A program made the translations under genes and the position numbers. A stretch of 64,000 nt of DNA from Candidatus Cloacimonadales bacterium (lineage in GTDB: Bacteria; Cloacimonadota; Cloacimonadia; Cloacimonadales; JAFGVF01). How positions within the stretch are numbered: the stretch's first letter is position 1; each line of letters starts with the position of its first letter. The DNA is taken from positions 1,408,001 through 1,472,000 of the forward strand of contig OY782781.1 in the NCBI GenBank assembly GCA_963678315.1, read 5' to 3'. The notes beneath the pieces are model-generated. The model was given only the letters and a program-made list of their open reading frames with translations. It was not told where the DNA came from and did no database searches. Below are positions 57,339-64,000 of the stretch, piece by piece.

Positions 57339-58770
57339 GAAGGAAAACTCAACTACAGAATTTAAAGAAATATTAAATGATAAGTTAGAAAGAGAAGTTG
57401 TAGCTTTTTTAAATTCGCCTAAAGGCGGAGATATTTATATTGGAATCACTGACGATGCTAGTATTATTGGTGTTGAAAATCCAGATAACACTCAGCTCCA
57501 GATTGTAGATAGAATAAAGAATAACATATCTCCAAATTGTCTAGGTTTCTTTGATGTAATACTAGAAGAAATAGAAGATAAACATATAATACATATCATT
57601 GTTACTAGAGGTACAGAAAAACCATACTATCTCAAGAAGTTTGGGATGTCTCCCAAAGGATGTTTTGTCCGACTTGGCAGTTCTGTTCAACCAATGACTA
57701 CTGATATGATTGAGAAATCATATTCTTCACGAGTGCAAAATTCTCTCAGAAATATTAATTCTCCACGCTATAGCAAACATAGCTTTGCTCAACTTAAAAT
57801 CTATTATCAAGAAAATGGCTACTCAATTTCCGACAACTTTTTAGAGAATTTAGACCTTTATACTGAAAATGGGAAACTGAATTATGTTGCCTATCTTTTA
57901 GCAGATACAAATAGTCTATCACTTAAAGTTGCCAAATACTTAGGAACAGATAAACAAGATTTGATTGAAAATGAGGAATATGGTTACTGCTCTTTGATAA
58001 AAGCTACTGAAAGAATACTTGATAAATTAGAAATAGAAAATAAAACCTTCGCTCTTATTACTGGTGCAGCCAAAAGAAAAGAACGAAGAATGATAAACAA
58101 CAGAGCTCTTCGGGAAGCCTTGATAAATGCTATTGTTCACAATGATTATTCAAAAGAAGTTCCTCCTCTAGTAGAAATTTATTCTGATAGATTAACTATC
58201 ACTTCTTATGGTGGCTTGGTTAACGGCTTAAGTTTAGAAGAATTTTATTCAGGAAGGTCTATGCCAAGAAATCGCGAATTGATGAGAGTTTTCAAAGATC
58301 TAGATCTTGTTGAACAACTTGGCTCAGGTATGCATAGAATCCTTGATTTTTATCCAAAGAATATCTATAAAATTACCGACAATTTTTTAGAGATATGCTT
58401 CCCTTATGAAAAAGAATATACCGACTATTTAAAATCTGAAAAAAGACAGGATAATAGTAAAACCCATCAAGTAACCCATCAAGTAAATGCAAAAACCCAG
58501 CAAGTAACCCAGCAAGTAACCCAGCAAGTAAAAAAACTAATTGTTTCCTTTGAAAATGGTCTAAGCAGTAGAGGTTTGCGAAAACTGCTTGCACTTAAAG
58601 ATAGAAATACATTCAGAGATGGATACTTGGATCCTGCTATCAAATTAGGCTTAGTTGAAATGACACAGCCAAACTCTCCCAATAGTCCAACCCAGAAATA
58701 TAGATTAACAGATAAAGGACTGAAGTTACAAGAAGAATTAAGAAAACTAGAAGAGGGTATAAATGAATAA
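57331..58770 (+). CDS. AlbA_2 (Schlafen-like)-HATPase_c_4-wHTH protein
   Basis: EFKE, VVAFLNSPKGGDIYIGI.D, REALINAIVHNDY, PRN.ELMRVF, EQLGSGM; TQQV linker repeats; C-terminal HTH YLDPAIKLGLVEMT.P..P.SP.QKYRLT. Confidence 0.88.
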   Translation: MNKKENSTTEFKEILNDKLEREVVAFLNSPKGGDIYIGITDDASIIGVENPDNTQLQIVDRIKNNISPNCLGFFDVILEEIEDKHIIHIIVTRGTEKPYYLKKFGMSPKGCFVRLGSSVQPMTTDMIEKSYSSRVQNSLRNINSPRYSKHSFAQLKIYYQENGYSISDNFLENLDLYTENGKLNYVAYLLADTNSLSLKVAKYLGTDKQDLIENEEYGYCSLIKATERILDKLEIENKTFALITGAAKRKERRMINNRALREALINAIVHNDYSKEVPPLVEIYSDRLTITSYGGLVNGLSLEEFYSGRSMPRNRELMRVFKDLDLVEQLGSGMHRILDFYPKNIYKITDNFLEICFPYEKEYTDYLKSEKRQDNSKTHQVTHQVNAKTQQVTQQVTQQVKKLIVSFENGLSSRGLRKLLALKDRNTFRDGYLDPAIKLGLVEMTQPNSPNSPTQKYRLTDKGLKLQEELRKLEEGINE

Positions 58771-59095
58771 AATAAAGCTACATCATGCTTTCTTAGATAA
58801 TATAAAAAGTATCATTACGACTGCCCAAAACAATGCTGTGAGATCTGTTAATACACAGAGAGTATTAATGTATTGGAATATAGGTAAAGCTATTCTGGAA
58901 GAGGAACAAGAAGACAAAGATCGCGCTGATTATGGATCTTTCTTAATTAAAAACTTAGCTAAGGAAGAAAAAGAAGATTATGGAACTAGTTTTTCTGTAA
59001 GAATGTTAGAACTTGCCAGACAGTTTCATAGTACTTTCCCAATTGCGAACACACTGCATTCGCAATTGAGCTGGTCTCACGACAGGTCAAGGTAG
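58763..59095 (+). pseudogene. Truncated DUF1016/YhcG (PD-(D/E)XK) protein, N-terminal domain only
   Basis: AVRSVN..MYWNIGK.I.EEEQ..RADYG...LSWSH, then immediate loss of homology and stop. Confidence 0.8.
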
Positions 59096-59122
59096 AAATT
59101 CAAGAGTTTGAAGGGAGGGAGT

Positions 59123-59221
59123 GTGAGTAAATATATCTCAAAACAAAACCAAAAACTAGCAAAACAATTAGACTTTTTATTACCGATGGTGATCATTGGT
59201 CAGGTGAGGGGGGAGAAATGA
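59123..59221 (+). pseudogene. C-terminal remnant resembling type I specificity subunit HsdS
   Basis: KQNQKLAKQLDFLLPMVIIGQVR, like the HsdS terminal helix NQ.L..LRD.LLPMLMNGQV.V. Confidence 0.55.
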
Positions 59222-59376
59222 TTAGCAAAACAGATAAATATGAGTTTAGAAAGCCTTTCAATGAAGCCGAATTGAAAAGTGTTTGTAGAGCTATAACAGA
59301 GGATGGTATTAGTGGAAGTGAAATTGGTTACTTGCTTAAAGTAAGAAATAAAAGAGATGCTTCACAAACAGGTTAA
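59218..59376 (+). pseudogene. N-terminal remnant resembling a TIGR02391-family protein
   Basis: PFNEAELKSVCRAITEDGISGSEIGYLL; ATGA overlap with the hsdS-like remnant; stops after 52 aa. Confidence 0.45.
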
Positions 59377-59390
59377 ATATACTTTTTTGG

Positions 59391-59440
59391 AAAAGTGTGC
59401 CTATTATAGAAAAAGTGTGCCCATAATATTTATAGAGGAT
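59391..59440 (+). promoter_or_regulatory. Second copy of the AAAAGTGTGCC 20-bp-period motif
   Basis: aaaagtgtgcctattatagaaaaagtgtgcccataatatttatagagg; matches the reverse complement of 24925-24976. Confidence 0.55.
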
Positions 59441-59565
59441 GTTTTTTTTAACATGTTCTCTATAGATATTTAGACAGAGCATAGAGTGTATAATACTATT
59501 CTGGAAAGATAATATATGAATTAATTGTTACTGATTCATGATTTGTTTTAAGCCTGAACCGGTAA

Positions 59566-60192
59566 CTTTTTTCCGACAGTATTGAGTTCTACAATCCCGG
59601 AGGACTACCTAAGCCATTCGAGGAATTAAGGGGTAAAGATCTTTCTTTACCACGAAATCCAATTATAGCAAAGCTGTTCCGCATGGTAAAACTTGCAGAA
59701 AATGCAGGATTTGGATTTGATAAGATGGATTATAATTGGAAAGAATACAGCCATACTACACCTACTTATCAGATTGAGTTTGATTCCATTGTAACAAGCT
59801 TTAGTTTGGAAAAAGAATCTGAAAAAGCTTCAGAGAAAACTACGAAGAAAACAGGGGGAATGTCGGAGAAAACAGGGGAAACGTCGGAGAAAATAGGGGA
59901 AATGTCGGAGAAAACAGGGAAAACGTCGGAGAAAACAGGGAAAACTACGGAGAAAACAGGGAAAACTACGGAGAAAACTACGGAGAAAACTACGGAGAAA
60001 ATAGTTCAAGTAATAAAAAATAATTCATCGATCACTATGAAAGAAATTTCAGAGATTCTTGATATTTCTTATCATACTGTAGATTGGAATATTAGAAAAC
60101 TTAGAAAAGAAGGGAGAATAGAACACATTGGTTCTGACAGAAAAGGATATTGGCAAGTTCTATCTGATAATGATGAAAAAACAGATAAGTAA
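59566..60192 (+). pseudogene. 5'-truncated HATPase_c_4-HTH protein (second AlbA/RecG-C-like gene, C-terminal part)
   Basis: Frame open from 59566: FSDSIEFYNPGGLP..LSLPRNPIIAKLFRMVKLAENAGFGF; (T/M)SEKTG repeats; C-terminal HTH ending GYWQV; no start or RBS for the domain. Confidence 0.75.
59830..60000 (+). repeat. Coding VNTR (21-bp and 12-bp units)
   Basis: cggagaaaacaggggaaa(c/t)gt-like units about 6 times, then cggagaaaacta units. Confidence 0.85.
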
Positions 60193-60413
60193 CTTATAAT
60201 GATAAAGGATTATTTCACAAGACGTGAAAAGATTGGATTCGGCATATAGCGCTAGTCAATGATATTTTAACTCAAATAATGCATTATTTGGCAATATATA
60301 TGTATTAATTGTTAATGATACATTGATTTGTTACATATATGTTAACTATATTTTTATTGACACATTAACTTTGGCAATTATGTATGACTTAAGTTATATG
60401 CTGGAGGCGGTTA

Positions 60414-60815
60414 ATGAGTTTGGTAAAAAGTATGCTTTCATTGCTGTACGCAAGTATAGCAATAGTATTATATTATGGTTTCGTTATTGGTGTTTTTGAA
60501 TATGTCTATACCTTTGAAGGATACATAAATTATGTACTTATTTGTGCTATTATGTTGTTTATTTTACAAGCAAGTAATTATATCAAGGGTATTGATAAAT
60601 TAATACTCAGTAAAACTCTTATCTGTTGTAATGATTACAAGAAAACCCAATATATATTAAGAACAATGTCAATTTTGATGTGCTTATGTTCAATTATATA
60701 TGTTTGGTGGAGAGATTTTGCTATTGTGTATTCTATTCTTGTTACAGTTGAGCTAGCTTTTCTGTGTGATATAGGAAGAGATTCAATTAAAGAAGATGAT
60801 AGATTTATGAAATAA
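60414..60815 (+). CDS. Hypothetical membrane protein
   Basis: Four hydrophobic segments; GGAGG RBS; TTGACA at 60357. Confidence 0.65.
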   Translation: MSLVKSMLSLLYASIAIVLYYGFVIGVFEYVYTFEGYINYVLICAIMLFILQASNYIKGIDKLILSKTLICCNDYKKTQYILRTMSILMCLCSIIYVWWRDFAIVYSILVTVELAFLCDIGRDSIKEDDRFMK

Positions 60816-60834
60816 AAGTTAATAGGAGAACTTT

Positions 60835-61419
60835 ATGTCAGCAAAATTTTGTATCAAATGTGGAAATGAGCTTGAAAGCGCTGCTTCTTTCTGCTCAAAT
60901 TGTGGTCAAAGAGTAACTGATGAAAGGCAGAGTAATAACCTAGATCAGCAGGATAGTAGATTTGAAACAAATTCATATACTACTCCTATATATAGTGACC
61001 CAAGTCAAAAAAAATCAGAAGCTTGGAAGAGTTGGCTTGTTTTCATAGGTATCATGATGATTGTTGGAGCTATAATATTCTTAGTTACACCTTCAAAGAG
61101 AAAGCATATTCCTTTGAATAATCCATCAAGTAATATTAGTCTCAATTCTAGTAACTACTCAAAAAAGAAACAAGTTGTGGTAGTTAATAATCCTTATGAT
61201 AATTCAGTACGACAGGTAAAAGACTATATTGCAAGGACAGATCCAAGAGGAGCCAATGCTCAGTATCTAAAATGGTTTCCTGTTAAAGAAATTAGCACAG
61301 GATATTGGGTTAGAGTGCAATTCAGATTATTTGATATTTATGGCAACGCTAATGATAATGATATATACTTCTATATGGATGAAAATGGGGTTGTAACTGG
61401 TTACGAGTTAGCTCAGTAA
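60835..61419 (+). CDS. Zinc-ribbon domain membrane protein
   Basis: FCIKCG..FCSNCG at the N-terminus, a single TM helix, extracytoplasmic C-domain. Confidence 0.8.
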   Translation: MSAKFCIKCGNELESAASFCSNCGQRVTDERQSNNLDQQDSRFETNSYTTPIYSDPSQKKSEAWKSWLVFIGIMMIVGAIIFLVTPSKRKHIPLNNPSSNISLNSSNYSKKKQVVVVNNPYDNSVRQVKDYIARTDPRGANAQYLKWFPVKEISTGYWVRVQFRLFDIYGNANDNDIYFYMDENGVVTGYELAQ

Positions 61420-61423
61420 ATTA

Positions 61424-62611
61424 TTAACTTTTATGCCAGTCCATAACCCTAAGAATTGCTATTAAGGCAAGAAGTCCCAATACTGCGTACAGGCTTCCAG
61501 CTGTTCTGAGACTGAATTCTAGTCCTTTGTTATCAACTAAAAAACCAAAGAAAGGTGCTAATGAACTATAAACAAGTCTGACAGTTAAGCTCTTGATGGA
61601 GACAACAGTGGCACGTCTATCAGAATCTACTTCTTTATGTAAATAATAGCCAAGTACAGGTAGATTGACACCTCTAATAAAGAAGCATATTAGAATAAAG
61701 AAGACTCCCAGATAAATGTTAGTAGAGAAGGAAAGTCCCCAATAGCCAATTAATATGAATAGTAGTAATGAAATCATTGATTTCTTTTTGCCAAGCCAAG
61801 AAACATACCTATGTCCAAACCGTGCATATACACCAGAAGCTGTTTGTATAACTGCCCAGACAAGACCAAAATATATAGGGGCTAAATTAATATGTTTGAA
61901 GAAGAATTGACTATACCAGGCTATATTTAGTGTTACAGCTCCCAAAATACAGCTAAAAAGAATTAGCCACTTAACTGTCTTGTTATCTACCAATGAGTAT
62001 TTAACTACCTTCAGTAATGTTCTTATTCGACCTTTATGAGTATCTAGTTTGGCACGTTCTGGTTCTGTCAATAAGAAAGCAACTATTAAACCAATGACTA
62101 GTACGGAAATTCTACCATAGACAGTTAAAACTATAGCATAAGAAGCTAAAAGTCCACCTACTAGACCTGCTGAGGCTTCTGAAAAATTACCATAAGATCT
62201 GTATTTGCCAATAAGCTCTTTAAACTTATTTCCTTTGTTCATGATTTGTAAGGAATCATAAAAAAGAGCTGAATCGCAACCAGATATAAAACTAGCTCCG
62301 ATGCCCATTAATACTTCAGCAATTAGAAAATAGTAAAAGCCAGGAGGTAAGAAAAAGAGATTTCCAATAATGGTTAGGGCTAATCCTGCAATAATAGAAT
62401 TCTTTCTTCCCCATAAATCTGCTAAGTATCCAGAAGGAACTTCAAATAAGACTACAGCAAGAGAATAGCAAGAAGTTAATGTAAAGATCTGCTGACTGTT
62501 TAGATCGTGTTGTTTAAAATATAGGACAGTGACAGGTAACATCAGGACAAACCATTTTAAAGTGTAGATTACATTTAATAATGTAATATTGCGCTTCATT
62601 TTATCGTACAT
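61424..62611 (-). CDS. MFS transporter
   Basis: FEVPSGYLADLWGRK, SGCDSALFYDSL, RATVVS; about 12 TM helices. Confidence 0.9.
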   Translation of the reverse strand: MYDKMKRNITLLNVIYTLKWFVLMLPVTVLYFKQHDLNSQQIFTLTSCYSLAVVLFEVPSGYLADLWGRKNSIIAGLALTIIGNLFFLPPGFYYFLIAEVLMGIGASFISGCDSALFYDSLQIMNKGNKFKELIGKYRSYGNFSEASAGLVGGLLASYAIVLTVYGRISVLVIGLIVAFLLTEPERAKLDTHKGRIRTLLKVVKYSLVDNKTVKWLILFSCILGAVTLNIAWYSQFFFKHINLAPIYFGLVWAVIQTASGVYARFGHRYVSWLGKKKSMISLLLFILIGYWGLSFSTNIYLGVFFILICFFIRGVNLPVLGYYLHKEVDSDRRATVVSIKSLTVRLVYSSLAPFFGFLVDNKGLEFSLRTAGSLYAVLGLLALIAILRVMDWHKS

Positions 62612-62695
62612 ATTGGCCTTTATAGTCGTTTTAGTTTTTTATGAACAAAAATTAAAAACTAGCAAATCTTTGTCAAATAGTCCTGTAATAAAATA

Positions 62696-62724
62696 GAAAA
62701 GAGCCTTGTTTAACAAGACTCTTC
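62696..62724 (-). terminator. Intrinsic terminator after the GH16 gene
   Basis: Minus strand gaagagtcttgttaaacaaggctcttttc. Confidence 0.65.
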
Positions 62725-62742
62725 AATGTAAAAATCTAAAGA

Positions 62743-63999
62743 TTAGTCTAAAATAAGCAATTTCTTAGTAGATGTATGATCCTGTGTTTTAATTTTGTAG
62801 AAGTAAACACCGCTAGAAACTGGACTATTATTTAAGTTCTTCCCATCCCATGTTACAGAATGTTGACCTTTTTGCTGATGAGAATTGATAAGTGTTCTTA
62901 CTTTCTGACCTTTAATATTGAATATATCTAATTTAACATCAGATGCTATTGGTAATGAATACCTTATAGTCGTTCCATTCCTTTTAGCTCTATTCCTGAT
63001 GAATGGATTAGGGAAGTTTTGTTCAAGAGTTAAAGGTCTACTTATTATGTTGTTTTGTGTGTTTTCTACAAGCCCACTATCCCAATATATATCATCAATA
63101 GCAAACTCACACTGTTGACCACTTTCTTCAAGTATCACGAACTCATAAGATAACATTCTTAAATCTATATATTCTCCTCTAAGTTCTTCTACTGGGATAA
63201 TTGCTTGTTCCCAATCTCCTGTTCTTTGAAGTCCATAAATAGGTTGGTTAGCAGGTAGAGTAACATAATTTTGGTTACCCCAAGCATCAATAATGCCGAT
63301 TTTAAAAGTAATATGAGCAGGTATCTTTATCATGAATTTTAAATGACCATTGCCAAAATCAAAGAGGTTTACTGGCTGTAAGGACATTATCCCAGCTCCA
63401 AACCAACCAATTCCATTGCTTGACCATGATATGCCATTCTCACCTTCATAAGCATCTATAGAACCTTCAGATAAAGTTCCTTCCCAAACATATATTTCAG
63501 CATCTTGACCGCAAACAAGACTGTTGTTAGTAGGTGTTGTATCAGTGAAAAGTCCAAATATACCAGCTTGGTTAGTTGGCGGACCTACATGTACTTGGCC
63601 CTGACCATTCCATTGGCTAATCTTGATATAATCAATATACATTTCTGCAGGCAAAGGTATTGAAACAGGTGCACCTGTGCCTGGATCTCCTAAGTTATAA
63701 GCGTCTGTTAAAGCTCCTCCAATTGCTAAATTAGCTATTAGATAGAAAGGTTCTTGGAATTCAGCTGATAGGCTATCTATTGCAAATGTTTCTTCATATA
63801 AATCATATTCAACTTCATTATCTATTACTGTAAAGCGTAGACTGCTCTCATCCCAATATGTTCTATAAATTAAGTATCTATCAGTGATTGGGGGATCATA
63901 ACTGTAATAAGGTCTACAGTTTTCATCTTGTGGATCCCAAGAAAGACTAGCAGCTCCAGAAGGGTTATCAGGATTAATAGTTTCTTCTGAGTAGAAGAT
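62743..63999 (-). CDS. Secreted GH16-like glycosidase with a C-terminal FlgD-Ig/T9SS-type sorting domain (5' end outside the window)
   Basis: Frame stays open to the window edge: EFQEPFYLIANLAIGG...PAEMYIDYIKI (GH16 C-half); tail QNFPNPF..IFNIKGQKVRTL..WDGKN..SSGVYFYKI..KKLLIL. Confidence 0.8.
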   Translation of the reverse strand: MFYSEETINPDNPSGAASLSWDPQDENCRPYYSYDPPITDRYLIYRTYWDESSLRFTVIDNEVEYDLYEETFAIDSLSAEFQEPFYLIANLAIGGALTDAYNLGDPGTGAPVSIPLPAEMYIDYIKISQWNGQGQVHVGPPTNQAGIFGLFTDTTPTNNSLVCGQDAEIYVWEGTLSEGSIDAYEGENGISWSSNGIGWFGAGIMSLQPVNLFDFGNGHLKFMIKIPAHITFKIGIIDAWGNQNYVTLPANQPIYGLQRTGDWEQAIIPVEELRGEYIDLRMLSYEFVILEESGQQCEFAIDDIYWDSGLVENTQNNIISRPLTLEQNFPNPFIRNRAKRNGTTIRYSLPIASDVKLDIFNIKGQKVRTLINSHQQKGQHSVTWDGKNLNNSPVSSGVYFYKIKTQDHTSTKKLLILD

Positions 64000-64000
64000 A

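Noticed and set aside
59683..60192. Intact 169-aa regulator starting at 59683
   Set aside because: Domain homology extends upstream of the ATG to a stop at 59563; better treated as a truncated gene.
911..63118. Short antisense or overlapping ORFs in the track (e.g. 911, 2551, 3399, 12388, 18958, 19534, 21610, 29726, 39981, 55364, 58373, 62918)
   Set aside because: Shadows of longer, well-supported genes.
63654..63654. ORF-track start of the last gene
   Set aside because: The reading frame stays open and GH16-like to the window edge, so the true start lies outside.

Overview
AT-rich bacterial chromosomal window from a diderm anaerobe. Ca. Cloacimonadota is the likely source, inferred from the FlgD-Ig/CTD-tailed secreted protein, the PEGA proteins and a small basic ORF; this was not database-checked. 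Most of the window is housekeeping or metabolic: class I fumarase alpha/beta, EnvC, a TsaC-LMW-phosphatase fusion, purL, a PlpD-like patatin, rsmB, ruvA/ruvC/yebC, EF-G2, pcm/surE, pilD, an ars operon, MATE, pdxK, Nif3, GH130, manA, ettA and an acyl-CoA synthetase. Notable features: (1) a four-gene Hnd/Hyd-type [FeFe]-hydrogenase operon that keeps the bifurcating gene layout but has lost the accessory Fe-S ligands and carries non-bifurcating motifs; (2) an orphan 944-aa GlmL/MutL fusion directly upstream of an intact O2-dependent ovothiol synthase OvoA; (3) a collapsed type I restriction-modification locus with only gene termini left around an intact AlbA_2-HATPase gene; (4) a candidate ~200-nt structured ncRNA with its own -35 box and terminator; (5) several nested repeat families (REP-like units, a 170-bp MITE, heptamer palindromes), including a lipoprotein gene boxed by ~410-bp direct repeats. 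No rRNA, tRNA, CRISPR array, transposase or integrase was seen. All family assignments are by motif recognition, not by search.
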